Shown here piece after piece: positions 38,605-52,250 of a stretch of DNA of 64,000 bases. Location of the stretch: positions 157,790,001-157,854,000 of the forward strand of contig OZ360222.1 in NCBI GenBank assembly GCA_977017645.1, written 5' to 3'. Position 1 is the stretch's first letter; each line of letters begins with the position of its first letter. The notes under the pieces are model-generated. The model ran no database searches, was not told the DNA's origin, and worked only from the letters and a program-made list of their open reading frames with translations. The position numbers and the translations under genes were made by a program. The stretch comes from Torpedo marmorata. Its lineage: Eukaryota.

Positions 38605-41507
38605 GTAAGAGCGAATCTTTAACTGTTGCTATCAGATTCAAATGCGCGGCCTCCATCCGGTGTTCCGGACCGCGACAGACGGGCCCTCGAATCGCTTCGT
38701 CACTCGTCGGCTGCGTTTAGCTGAACTTTGAATTAAATTAACGGACGACTCGGGAGATTTTATTGTGTGTGTTAAGGGCCGCGGTGGTTACTGGGGCCAG
38801 GCCCGATCGCGTGTTGCTAGAGGAGGAGAAGCGGGCGGCCGTTGGGGCCCTGCACCCCTCCCCCCCCCCCGCCCCGTTGTCGTCAAGCACAACCAGTGGC
38901 CCTTCCTCCGTCAATGTAACTACGCCACAAAGCCTTTGGGCCCGGTTACTCTTCCCCTTCTCGCCGCCATCTCACGTCCCCGGCGGCCGACTCGTTGCCC
39001 TTGGGCCCTGCCGAGGCCGAGTTGTTGGGTAAAGGGGAAGTGCTTTTTTTCCCTCCCTATCAATGTCGGCCTTGAGGCTTAGACCGGGTGGGGGAAGGGA
39101 GTCGATCAGCCAGCGACCCTATTCAGTCGTTAAAAATCAGTTTAGTACCAATCCAATTAGTTTTTTATAATGTATGTTTTTAGGTGGTAGTTAATGCGTA
39201 CACAATCCCAATAACATTTTTAAAATTTTAATGTTGAGGATTTTCAACTTTTCAGTGATACTTTGAAAACATTACGTGGTTTAACGGGTCGGAGTGTTTT
39301 TATTTCTTTTTTTTTAAAAACCTTCCGTCAGTGTTGGCGACCTGCCAAAATGGAGTCGTACATTCTCCGAAATTCGTTAATTTTTCTTCGGACGGGCGGG
39401 GATGTAACAAAAGATTATAAAACAGTTAACACAAAAACGAAAATGTTATATTGTGTCAGTTTTTTAAAATTTGGGGATAGCACTTAAAACGGTTAATTTA
39501 AGTCTGCAGTGGTGATTTCAATATTGGGACGGTGTATATAATCCTTAAAGGGGCAAGCTGAGGGTGTTTATCATTTTTTCGTTCACTCTGACCTATCAAA
39601 ATTTATCACGATAACTTGGAACCTCTGATCATTTAATAAATTTTGAAATTGTACTGTACATTTTGGTGTTTAAAAAGTTACTCTGCTTAACAAAATTATC
39701 CACACATTGAGACTGGAGAAAATTTTTTTTAATCCTTTATGTAATTTCTCTACCAACTTGGAGACCTACTTTGTTTTCGGGTTCAGTTGCCTGATCAAAG
39801 TTAACACTGGTCAATGTATTTTTATTGTGCAAATACACAGCTCTTATACCATGCTTGTGGAAAGCAATACCATGGAGGTAGGAGGAGCTAGTTGCTGTTG
39901 TGTTAAGAGTATTTTCCATTTTTCTTTGTGCTCTTTTAAGTAAATTGCATCTACATTTTCTCATCCATTTCCCACTTATGGAGATAGGCTGCCTATCATT
40001 AAATTCCAATACTAACACTTCAAACAGCTTTTTTTGTTAGTTCACGTGATCTGCGAGGTGATATTTTAAACAGTAGCTGCCACTAGGTTAACAGTATTGA
40101 CACATTGGTACGAAGGAAGCAACTTTGCTGGATTTACTAAGTAATTGCTCATTCTTGATGCCAGCATGTTAGAAATATCTCATATAGCCTAAAATGTAAT
40201 TTGGCCTTGACCTTTTTCTCGTGTCTTGCACAGTGAATGAGGTCTTTAACACAAAAAAGCCCCTCAAAATTCTGGTAAAGCTCAGCAAGTGCCTGTGGAA
40301 AGAGAAACTTGATATTTTGGGTCTAACCCTTTGTCAGTAGCTACAACCTTATTGGATGGGAAGTTTTTAACAGCAAGATGAAATGTATTAAAAAAAACGA
40401 GGAAGTTGAAAGATTTCTCTAGTTGCATCTTGCAGAACAAAATATCGTTCCCTGGAAATGTGGGAGAAGATGCAAATATATGCAAGTTTGTATACTTTTG
40501 TATGCTTTAACTTCTTTTAATGTGGGAGGAAGAGCTAAGGAGTACAAACGTAGCATTTAAAAATTTATTTGTGAAACAATTGATATGGGGCTTTATTAAT
40601 CTCATTGTGCACATACTTTGCAACATCAATGATATATTTCTGCTGACCTTCTCTCACAATATTCAATTGTCTGCTAATTGAATACCAAGCATTTATGTTG
40701 AAGCTGATAGAAGTTTGTTCATTGAGCTATCTCGACAATTGCAAAATTCTCTTAGCATTTGATGGATGGGAGTGTTGAAAATTGACACTTCAATTTCAGG
40801 TTTGTTGGTCTATGTTAATATTGTATAGAATAGGCAATTACGTTTGGTTAAATAACGTGCAGATTTCATTGGTAAAGTTGGCTGTGGCTATAGAATTATT
40901 ACAAAGTAATTGTGGCAACAAGCTGTATAGCTTAGAGACGGGCCTTGCCTGTGGGTGATGATGGAAATATGATGCTGCAAATTCAATTTTCTCTTCAGTT
41001 TTGAAGAAATAATCTTTAATTAATTGACTAAATAATGTCTAAAATGTATCTGCCTATAATTCTACAATTTGTTCATGTACAAATTTACTCTTGACACAAA
41101 GGCCCATGGTTCCAGTCTTGCAAACATAGAAAAATTGCAGATGCTGTAATTCTGAAATATAAGCAAAATGTTGGAAACAGTCAGCATGTTAGGTGGTATT
41201 TGGGGTAAGTTGACAGAAACTTTCCACAAATGCTGCCTAACCTGGAGTGCTGTCCTAGCATTTTCTGTTTTTAACCCATGATATTTGGTCATTGTCCTCT
41301 TGTATCAAAATGATGCATCAGTAAACTGTTGTGCAAGTATCTACCGCCTACTTTTCCCAAATAGTTGTTTAACTTAGACTGGTTGGATATTCTTAGCACC
41401 CTATTTAAAAGTGAATTGTAAATGTAAACCTGTGTATTTTGGTGGGTTCAAAATCTCTGCTTTTAAATATATTTTTAAGAACAAGAATCCTTTGCCTTTC
41501 TTTTTAG

Positions 41508-41544
41508 ATTATAGTACCTATACTCAAGCTGCTGCTCAACAAGG
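41508..41544 (+). CDS. EWSR1: EWSR1 exon 2 (DYSTYTQAAAQQG)
   Basis: AG/GT sites, phase 1 to 2. Confidence 0.96.
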
Positions 41545-42202
41545 GTAAGTGCTTCTTTTAAAAAAATAATTACGGTAAATGTGCAGTGTATGTTTAAAAT
41601 TGATTATTCATCTGTACATTGGAATTGTATCTGCCCTGTAAACTTGTAAAACTGAATATGATGCACCCTTGTTACTTTTAATTTTCACTGCTTGTTGTCA
41701 TGTCATTGAAAATTGACACTTCACATTTCAAATGCATGTTATTACAGAAAACATTGGTTGTAGGGAATTACATTGTAATACTGGGATCAATCTGAAATTC
41801 TTAAACTTTCAAATTAAAGATCTGGACTGTATGGTGATGTGTTGCAGTAAAATTGCTCAGTGCCTCCTTGATTGCAATGTCAGAATCTCTTGTAATCCAT
41901 TTTCTTTCAAATATCCAGAATTTGTTTCCTTGAAATTTTTTTGGGGGGGGGGGGAGGTGCGTACTTCCTCTCATTTCACAACCCCGCCATTGCATTTCAT
42001 TGAAATTCATTTGCGATGTTCATACTATACCGTTCTATTTTCAAATCCATTTTAACCTCTGGAAAAAAATTTTCTTGAAGCAATTCAATTTGAAAATATT
42101 GTATCTTTTTAATCCATTTATCCTTTACTTGTGACAGAAGTTTGAAAACCAAGTTGTAATGTTTTCAATGTGAAAAGTAATAAATTACATTGCACAAGGT
42201 AA

Positions 42203-42430
42203 GGGCGGCACGGTCAGCGTAGCGGTTAGCGCAACGCTATTACAGCGCCGGCGACCCCGGGTTTGAATCTGGCACTGTCTGTAGGGAGTTTGTACATTCT
42301 CTGCGAGGTTTTCCTCCAGGTGCTGCAGTTTCTTCCCACCCCCCTTCAAAAATGGACAGGGTTTGTAGGTTAATTGGTGTATTTCGGCAGCACGGGCTCG
42401 TGAGGCAGAAGGCCTGTTACCATGCCATAC
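42203..42430 (+). mobile_element. tRNA-derived V-SINE/HE1-like SINE
   Basis: A/B-box head, homologous to the 52006 and 55310 copies. Confidence 0.8.
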
Positions 42431-43612
42431 CTCTAATTTTTAAAGAAAAAAATAATAAAGGGGGGGTGGTCCAGTCTTTACTGGTGGAGTGCAGATATGG
42501 ACGAAACAGCCAAGCCCTGATATCTGATTTAGTGCTTTCTACCCCGACTCATGGATTGGGAACAAAAAATGTCAATGACAGAGTGTTGGTTCTGGTTAAT
42601 TGAGCATGGTGTTTAATTGCTGATACTAGTTAACTCAAATGAGCACTGTTTGGATTGTGCACCATCAACGGATGGGGTAGGTGGTCTGCCATTGTTTGTT
42701 CATCTAATTAAAATAGATCATGGCAACACTGTAAGATACAACCAATGTGGTTATTTGTGTGATTTCTTTTTTAAATGAAGATGCTTGAAGTCTAAAGTTA
42801 AAAACAAAGTGTTAGAAGCACTCAGCTGGTCCAGTTAAGTTTCAGGAACTGGGAAGGACTAGACAAGTTAATTTTAAGTTGCAGAGAAGGTGATGAGGGT
42901 GGACAGGATAAGTGGAGTCTGAAACCAGTGCTGACAGGAAAAGTTGTCAATGTTATCCAGTTGATGGGTAAATGGGAGCAATTTGCAGGGGGGTCGGGTG
43001 GAACCAGGCCATGAGGTGAGGGTGTTTAAAGAAAGAGGATAGACAGAGGAATATGAATAAGTGATAAATGCAGATCTCTAGGTCATAGAAAAAGAGAACC
43101 AAGCCTTACCATTTGGTCACCTTTTTTCTCTCTGTTAATGTGTCTTGATATGTTCTGCAGCACTGTATTTGCATCTTTTGATGTTTCTTTTGTCTGTACA
43201 GTGTACACCTCCATTGTAACAGTTCAGGTAATGGAAATTTGCCCATATGAAATTTGCAAATCACTACCAAAATTTTGAGATGCAGAATAAATATTAACTC
43301 TTACAGAATTTGTAAAGGGGGAGAATAATTAAATATAATGCATGAAAACACAAGCTTTGTCCATTTTTGTCAAGGATTAGCATTATGGAAAATTGCGATT
43401 ACGTAGTTTTCTCTATCACTACCTATTTACTGGATGACCCCTACAATTATCTCCAGAGCATTATGCCCTATCAGATATTTTCTTTGTCCTGTTCATCCTT
43501 TCCCCCATGTTCTAAAAGTTGAAACTAACTTCTCTGACAATTTTGACAAAATGTTTCTGTGGTTATTTGTATCTCTAATTATTGTGAAGTCATTCACTTT
43601 AAATTTTTGCAG

Positions 43613-43664
43613 ATATGGATCCTATGCAGCTCAGCCTGCCCAGGCATATGGACAGACAACCCAA
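43613..43664 (+). CDS. EWSR1: EWSR1 exon 3
   Basis: YGSYAAQPAQAYGQTTQ, phase 2 to 0. Confidence 0.95.
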
Positions 43665-43812
43665 GTAAGATTTGGCTTTTTTTAAATTCGGTATTCCACT
43701 TGTTAATTTTGCAACGCACTGTTTAAAGATACTGTTAATTATTTGAATTTCATGACACTTGAGTTGGTGTATTGTTCATGCACAACTTAATTTTTTTCAC
43801 ATTTGCAAATAG

Positions 43813-43936
43813 GCATATGCACAGCAGAGTTATGGAACCTATACTCAGCCTACTGATACAACTTACACTCAAGCGCAAACGACTGCAGCGTATGGACAGA
43901 CAGCATATGCTACCGCATATGGGCAACCTCAAACTG
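43813..43936 (+). CDS. EWSR1: EWSR1 exon 4
   Basis: AYAQQSYGTYTQPTD...YGQPQT, phase 0 to 1. Confidence 0.95.
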
Positions 43937-45360
43937 GTACGGTTTTGACTTCTATTATCGGATTTTACTTGCATCTAAATTGTATGATTAATTCTGAATC
44001 TGTTTTTTTTATTGCTGTCTGTTGTGCTTTCTTGGGTAGAAGGGACAAGTGCAGGTTAGAATGCCTGGTCATTGTTGCATGATTATGTTTTGTTGGATTG
44101 TTTTGCATCAAACATCTGAAACTTCAATGTAAAAGTAACTTTGGTGTGCATGCTGAATGTTGTCAATAGATTTTGTGCCCTTTATGCTACAGGGGGGACA
44201 AAAAACAAGTTGTCCTTAAAACTAATTTTTAGATTGGCTAGCATTGAGCTATTAATGGAATTTGTACAGTCCTTTGCTATACAGAATATTTATCCATGAG
44301 CATCTCAAGTTACATGTTTGAAATGGCTCAATTTGCCACTGGGTATTTCTTAATTTCAGCAAGTATAATTTACAAAACTTGGTCCATTATTACAAATTCT
44401 AGTTGCAGCCCTGATTAAATTTTAGTAGCAAACAGAATTAGATCTTTTGTTTTTCATGTTATCAACTGAAAGGTTATGTTTCTAAATCTTCCCTGAAAAT
44501 GTGCAAGATTCACTGAACTGTTAATTAATTGTTGGATTGACAGCATAAGGTAGAAATGTGTGCAAATGTTTTTTTGAATTCACAAGTTGGATTTTTCACT
44601 AAAATGGATTGGGCATTCCTTTTGGCCTACTTGGTATTTCATTAAAGAACTGTAATGACGCCGGCTGAATAAATCTTCCATTAAATATATCTATGTGCTG
44701 CTTGTTTCCAGAGCATGCAGTAGGTGTAATATTAGTGTTGGAAATCGGTTTGTTGAGCCTGTTGTCCCAAAATAGAGGGGTTGAAAAGTTCTATTTCAGA
44801 TAATCTTTTGAAGGAGATCTCTGACTGATGCAAGCAAGAATATTTGAAGGAACAATATTGGTGTTGGATCCGTTGTCTGGGCCCTTGTGTGGACAAATTG
44901 ACAAGGCATATTAAAATGTCAGGTGCAAATGCATTTGGTTAACTGCTGTGAGAAATTGGTGAATTTTCTTCCACCCTTTTGTGCTAGAATACATAGAATA
45001 AAACCACTGTTGGTTCCTGATTCCAAGCTTGTGTATCATCTCATCAATGTTTGGTGGACCTTTCAGTGACGTGGGCCTGGTCATGCAGTATTCCTTTCCT
45101 AATCCCCTCCATCTCCCCATCCTTTTTAAGATCAAAATAAACATTTCCTAATTACCTTTTTTGAGCCTCCAAAGCACTTAGTATCTTAGTATCCTTTCAA
45201 ACATAAAGATATGTTGACATTTTCTCTTTCAATGACTGGTCTAAAGTTATGCTCCTCTTTTCAGTGTACTTGAAAATGTAAATTTTACATGTTGAAATAT
45301 GTTGCGTTGTGTAAATATAAAACTAGTAGATGCTTTAGTGCATTTTTCCTTTTTTAATAG

Positions 45361-45535
45361 GTTATAGTGCGCCCATTGCACCTCAGGCTTACAGCCAACC
45401 TGTGCAGGCTTATAGTGCAACTGGATATGACAGCACTGGTACTCAAGCTACATATGGTCAGCAGCCAGCCTATGGACAGCAACCCACCTACGCTGCATAT
45501 GGGCAGCACACAGCGACAACTGTTGCACCTACCAG
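45361..45535 (+). CDS. EWSR1: EWSR1 exon 5
   Basis: GYSAPIAPQAYSQPVQ...APTR, phase 1 to 2. Confidence 0.95.
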
Positions 45536-45614
45536 GTATGTATATATATATGTAATGCAGGTGAAATGTGCAAAAAAGGAAGTTAATAATACTGAAGATA
45601 TTCACAGGAGACTA

Positions 45615-46077
45615 CCGTATTTTTACGCATATAACGCGCGCGTTATATGCGTTTTTTACAAACCAGGTACACCCCCACGCATTATATGTGTGCGCGCTAT
45701 ACGAGAATATTTTTACATGTTGAAACAAGGCGCACGATTTAAATCATAACAGGATTAAATCTTGCTTAACTCTGAAGCCGATCTATTTAATTGAATCCTC
45801 TCCAAAACTTGTTAATGTGTTGAAGGAGTATGTCATCTATATAATGGACGATTAACACCTCTGGGGGAGTTGAATGGGTGTAAATAGCAGGAGATTAACT
45901 GTGGCAGATAGTGAGACTATGGAATGTGTTTTGTCTCATGTCCCAATTAAATGCAAATTGCTTTTGTCAGTCGGAATTTAGAATACTACACCTGCGCGGT
46001 ATATGCGTGTGCACATTATACGAAAATATTTTTACAGAATTTATGATTTTCTGCGCGTTATTTGAGTGAAAATACGG
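45615..46077. mobile_element. Tc2-like MITE
   Basis: CCGTATTTT termini, TA TSD, 28-bp palindrome 45625-45652. Confidence 0.8.
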
Positions 46078-46474
46078 TATATCTGCTGTGCCAGTGAGTT
46101 CTTTTTCTTTTATGGCTTATTTTTCATGAAGCTCTAATTGCTAGAGACTACATTCTGATTTTTAATTTGGGGTGAATGAGCATTTAATTATTTATAAATG
46201 GATCGTGGCATGGATAACTTGGGCCATGATAAGTTTTTGGGAGAATTCGATCAAGGTGGACTTTTGTTGGCTAAACAATTATTGACCGATTCTTTAACTT
46301 TGGCTAAGGTAATACTTGGTAAGTATCCAACTTTGCCTCAGAAAAGGGTTTCCTCAAGTATGTATCATTGTTACTTTTCCTTTTCTCTTTCTACCATTCC
46401 CTGTTGTCTACCCCAAAGTGAATATTATCTTTTAAAGTGGAGCAGCTTTGCCTAATTGCTGATTTAAATTTCAG

Positions 46475-46639
46475 AGCACAAGATACGACCAAGCAAGATG
46501 ATTACAGCCAACCAAGTACTGGGTATGCTCAATCCAGTGTGGGATACAGCCAGACAAATTATGGATACCCTCAAATGAGTGTTCATGGAGCTTATCCTCT
46601 TCAGCCTCCCAGTGCTCCTCCATCTTTTCCTCCTACAAG
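46475..46639 (+). CDS. EWSR1: EWSR1 exon 6
   Basis: AQDTTKQ..QPSTGY..APPSFPPT, phase 2 to 2. Confidence 0.93.
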
Positions 46640-46794
46640 GTAATTTTTTTCATGACTGATGTGATGTAAGGAATAGGATTTTTCTACATTATAATGGGAG
46701 GGTAGCGAAGATGTCTTGAAGGTTGACATCAGATTTTTCCCACCTGGGTTGTGTTTATTATGTATGACATTAAATTGAGTGGAAAAGCAAATTG

Positions 46795-47560
46795 TGGAGG
46801 ACATAATTCTGCGGAGAGTTGAGATAGGTTAAGCAAGTGATTGGATAAAGCTGGAGTACAATGTTCATATATGAGAAGTCATCCACTTTGAAAGGATAAT
46901 AAATCACGTTATTTAAATGGTGAAAAATTGCAGCATGCTGTTGTGTAGAGACCTGGATATGCTTGTATATGAACTACAATAAGTTAGTCTACAGGTGCAT
47001 CAGTTAATCAAGAAGGTAAATGGGATTTTAGCCTTCATTGCTAGAGGAATTAAATTTAAGAGCAAGGAGCTGCAGCTGTGCAGAATATTGGTGAGGCTGC
47101 AACTCGGGTACTGAGTGCAATTCTAGTCTCCTTACTTGAGAAAGGATGTACTGGCTTTGGAAGAGGTTCACCTGGTTGGTTGATTCATTGGAATTTAGCA
47201 GGATGAAGGAAGGTGAGCAAAAATATAACATGAAAGTAATAGATAAGGGAGATGTTTCCCCTAGGAGATGGTACTAGAACTAGGGGATATAGCCTTAAGA
47301 TTCGGGGGAGTAGATTTAAGATGGATAAGGAAGAACTGCTTTTGCCAGAGGTTAGTGAATTTGTGGAATTCTCTGCCCAAAGAAGCAGTTGAAACTGACT
47401 CATTAAATGTATTTAATGCACAAATAGATTTTTGAAAAATGGGGGAATTAAGAGTTGAGGGGAACAGGTGGGTATGTGGAGCTGAGTCCATGGCCATACC
47501 AGCCACGATCTTGTTGAATGGCAGACCGGCCTTTGCGTGCCAGTTGACTGACTTGTATTT
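46795..47560 (+). mobile_element. CR1 LINE 3' fragment
   Basis: Degraded CR1 ORF2 C-terminal sequence (LAFIARGIKFKSKE, TRTRG). Confidence 0.75.
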
Positions 47561-48050
47561 TATTGTGAGATTATATTGTCCTATACACAAGTGCAATGTA
47601 GAGATGCACCATCAATTTTACTTGCTGCAGCCACACAGGTATGTGAGATAAACCAACAATAGTTTAAATTAAACTACCATAGTGGCCATGAGTCTAAACG
47701 AATTATCTATAAAATTATAGATAAATATTTACTGTTGCAGTTGGTGCACATGGGTCTCTTGGTGGTCCGTGTCGTTTATGGTTAGGATCATTCAGGGAAG
47801 TTCAAAAGCCTCTTGGCTTTAAAGGCTAGAAAGATGTATATTTTCACCCAAAAAAAGTGACAAGAAATCAATTTCTTTTCTAAACAGAAATTGGGTTGTC
47901 TCCCAAAATTATATTTGTAAGTACTTAAAAACTGATCTTGCCTACATCAGCCAACTGCTTTGACTGTATGTGCAGTAATTTGTTATATCATTGGGAGGAA
48001 AGTTGGAGTTCTCCAAAGGAGAATATATTTCAATCTATTATCCTCTATAG

Positions 48051-48705
48051 CAGGGGTGGCCAAACCGCGACTCGCGGTAATATGCTGGCTGAGACAGGAA
48101 TCGTACAGTGCTCACAATGGTAGTTGTGGGTGTGGCTTGCAATTGAATACCGTATATATGTGTGTAATAGTCAATACCATGTAAAAGTCGACCCCAATCC
48201 CGCAGCCCCCCCCCCTAATTTTGGCTCTGCCCGCCTGCCCATCCGAGCTCCTAACACCCCAACCACAGACTCTCGCCTTGGCCCAGCCCGTTTTCCCCCA
48301 TCCGAGCTCCCGACACCTTGAACGCAGACTTGCCACCCGGGTGCCGGCTCGCCCATCCGAGCTCCCAACGCCCCAAATGACGCAAGTACTTAACGTGGTC
48401 AAAAGTAGTATGCGTGTAATAGTTGACCCCTTAATTTTACTCTATAAAAATTGGTCCACAAAATTCAACTATATGCGGTATGTATACTTTTTGATTGACA
48501 CTTAATACAAATTAGCAGTTTAAAAACTGCATACATGACTAAATATTATGCACATGTATTTCTTAATATTGATACAAAGTTTTTGTAACAAAATGTGCAC
48601 GCAAAAATAAAAACGTGTATTATATTTTTTTCATGTATTGTGGCTCTCAAACATCTGAAGTTTATCGTATGTGGCTCTTGCATTAAGCAAGTTTAGTCAC
48701 TCCTG
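48051..48705. mobile_element. hAT/Charlie-like element with nested Tc2-like MITE (about 48150-48487)
   Basis: TIRs CAGGGGTGGCCAAAC and CAGGAGTGACTAAAC, 8-bp TSD ctctatag/ctctctag. Confidence 0.85.
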
Positions 48706-48914
48706 CTCTCTAGTCTTTTGAATATTCATTTCAGATCTACATGTCAGTTTATTTCCTAAGGCCCTTAATTTATTTTGCTAATATTTCAATATTCGGTGTT
48801 TTTAGGCAACATAATCCATATCTTAACCCTTTGAAAACAAAATGATTTGTTGATTCATTTGATTTTAAACTTGAGACCATTGGTTATCAAACTTGCCTTT
48901 TTTTGTTTGTATAG

Positions 48915-49111
48915 TTACAGTAGTACCACTCAGCCAACTGCCTATGATCAGAGTACCTACAGCCAGCAGGCAAGTTATGGACAACAGGGGAGTAGCTATG
49001 CGCCACCACCACCCCCAACAGGAGGATACAGCCAGCAGCAACCACCTACAGGGTTTGGTCAGCAGTCTAGTTATGGACAGCAAACAGACTATAGTCAACA
49101 AAGCCAGTACA
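48915..49111 (+). CDS. EWSR1: EWSR1 exon 7 (SYGQQ repeats)
   Basis: SYSSTTQPTAYDQS...QQSQY, phase 2 to 1. Confidence 0.95.
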
Positions 49112-49381
49112 GTAAGTTCTATTTTTTGTATTTTCATTAAATTGTATGAGAAATATGGTTAAATAATCGGTTTGAATTTGTACAATGGGCAAGAACAAGT
49201 AGCAAAGGAGCTATTAGAAGCAATTTCTGTTTTTGTGAACTATTTTCAAGGAGTAAATCCTTTGGCTAGATGTCAAACATGTCTAAATCACCTTTTGATA
49301 CTTGATGCTCATTTCTAAATTTCCTCATTGTCCTGAATGGAGAATAATGCTAACAAATTAATCAATGAAATGTTGCCCTAG

Positions 49382-49562
49382 GTACCTATAGGCAGGAGCA
49401 ACCATCCACCAATAGCATGAGTGGGTATGGACAAGACCAGAGTAGCTATGGAACCTCAACCAGTAGCTCTGAAAACCGGAGCAGAAGTCGTGGAAGCTAC
49501 GATCAAGGAAGTAGAGGCAGTAGTTACAGCAGAGGTGGTCGGAGTGGACGAGGTGCCATGGG
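49382..49562 (+). CDS. EWSR1: EWSR1 exon 8 (first RGG region)
   Basis: STYRQEQPSTNSMSGYGQD...RGGRSGRGAMG, phase 1 to 2. Confidence 0.93.
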
Positions 49563-52005
49563 GTAAGATGACCTCTTCCTTTTGGAACGATTAGTAAAAG
49601 AAATCACCCCAGAGTAATAGTTAACAATACAGGGCTGAAAGTGTTCAGCTGATTTTAAAAATACTATAGCAAAAATAACTTGGGTTTAACTGGCCACATT
49701 CCCAAATTTCCAAAATCTCAATCTCTAGAGCCAAATGTAAAGGTAACTTTTAAATGCAATATCCACATGGATATAGATTTTGATTTTTTTTTAAAACCAT
49801 GGCCTATTTTAAAAACTTTGTCCAGAACTTTATAATGTGAAATGATTACAGTTTTCAGCCCTGCTCATTTTCCAAAGGCAATGTCCATCTTCTGTGGAAT
49901 AATTTACATGCCCTCCACTTCCGATGTAAGTATTTAGATAAAATTATCAGTGTAATTTTAATTTGCTTTGAAATGTGCTTTCTGTATTTGCCAAATTAAT
50001 ACAATTTGTAGTTTGAAATGGGATTTGAAAACCTTTTGAATCTAATTTGAATTGATTTTTCAACATTTTGCATGTTGATACTAAACAATATATGAATTTG
50101 GGGAAGGATGACTTAAAACATAGCATTTGCTCCACATTATGACATTGCCTTCCTGGGTGAAACCTTTAATCCTGAGAAGTCATGTTTAATTGTCCCTCGG
50201 TTTCTCTTTAAATATTGCTTTAAGATAGGTGAGAACATAAATGTGTTCATGTAACAATGTTATATATTTGGAGTATCTCTCAAACATCACTACATCAATC
50301 TTGTTACTATATTGGGAAAGGAAACAGTTTCTTCCATTTGGCTGTTTTACTTCCTGAAGAATTAAAATATTTTGCAATGGCAAAATTATGGGGTGTCAAG
50401 TGGAACAGCTTACAAATTGGTTTTGTGATTATTTGGAAACTGGGATCATTTGTGCTGGGAAATGTGAATTATACATTTTATGCTAATATCGGCTTTGCAT
50501 TATGCATATGCCGTTTTCCTTTTGAAAATCGATGTAGCAATTTTTGAAAGTTGGACTCCTTGTGGCCAATTTTGCTTTTGCTAACACCCTCCAAATGCAG
50601 AAGTATAATTACTGCACTTAATTTAGGAGAATACGATAAAGGTTTCACTTCAACGTCTGGAAGTTAACTTGACTATTTTAAGTTGATGGGGTTTCCATTT
50701 GCCAGGAGTTATGGTCTTTAATTTTAGAAAAAAAATGTTGTGAATAATATGAACCGATAATTTAGTTGGACTTGAGTTGTATGCATTTACCAAAAAAATA
50801 GGCAATGGAAACCCTATAGTCATTGCATTGAAAGACTCCGTTGTACTTGTATACTAATCGACAAGGGAGCTGAAAGCATTATCGGGATATGCCTTGTAAT
50901 AGGCAGGGTCAGTGGAAAATAAGAGTTACCCGGTACTCTATTCTTTTTTAATTTGAACTTGCCAGTAAGGGTTTTTTAACAAATGTAATTTTTAGATGGC
51001 CTCTTGTTCAAAAATTACTTTTAATTCAAGCACAATCATTGTGCAACTTGTTCAAATGGGCATTTTTATGTACCAAAAGCAATTACCTGGCAGTGATTTC
51101 AGTGTCAAATTTGTTTGAGGCAAGTGTCAAGCTGTGTATGAGGGTTGTTTTAAATTGTTGGTTGTGTTTTTGCACTCTGTGTGCCATTCAGCCGCTTTAG
51201 TCCTTGTGATCTAAATTTACCAACTTCAATCGAAGATACACCTACATTTTACTTGGAATAGTGAGGAGATGTTAGGCTAAGGTTTGTTTTTATTCCTATC
51301 CCATTGTGGGTTGTAAATATGTGTGACCGATCAGACTGTGCTTGAGTACTCCTCAGTCATCACTGTGCTTTGTCTGAAGAATGACCACTTAGATGCTGCA
51401 TCATAAAACTGCTACCATCAATAGAATCTTGTCCTGCAATAGATCGTTGCTCTTCTCCCTTTCTAATACAGACGCTTATCAATGATACTCGTGTATTAGA
51501 AAAACATTTTTTCTTAAAAGCACTTGCTAAGCATGAGTTTCCTAATTAATGGGTACAAATGCTCTGATTCCACTGACCCTGGCAACTTAATGCCACTTAG
51601 TGGTCATTAGTATATTATAATCTGAGGTATTCTAGTCAATCTTAACATCCTCATTAAATGCTCTTCTGGCACTTGACTGGATTGGGTAAATATTTCAAAT
51701 CTATTCTACATCCCACTGCACACACTTGTGTTTCACTTATAACTGCTAAATTGCTGTCAAGTTGCTAATTCAAATCAGATGAAGGTAAGTATCTTGCTTT
51801 TTTGTGTACTAAGGTACGAAAACGTGGATCAGTTAGATCTGAAAATGCCTGTAACCCCTCATTTCTATTCATTATAATAAAGGCACAAATGGGTGTGTCT
51901 ATGTCCTTCCCAGTAAGGGAAGCTTGGTATAGTAAATTGCTAATCACCGATTGTTATTGCAACAATTTTTTTTTAAATCATCCATCTGATGGGCGTGTGG
52001 GAAAA

Positions 52006-52250
52006 GGGCAGCACGGTTGGCGTAGTGGTTAGCGCAACGCCTTTACAGCCAGCAATCGGGACCAGACCTGGGTTCGAATCCCACGCTGTCTGTAAGGAGT
52101 TTGTACGTTCTCCCCGTGTCTGTGTGGGTTTTCTCCGGGGGCTCCAGTTTCCTCCCACCCTTCAAAAACGTACCGGAGTGTAGGATAATGGGGTGTAAAT
52201 TGGGTGGCACGGACTCATAGGGCCGAATTTGCCTGTTACAGTGCTGTATG
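52006..52250 (+). mobile_element. V-SINE/HE1-like SINE
   Basis: tggcgtagtggttagc A box, GGTTCGAATCC B box. Confidence 0.85.

Noticed and set aside
52006-52085. tRNA gene
   Set aside because: It is the tRNA-like head of a SINE present in three or more copies with a shared body
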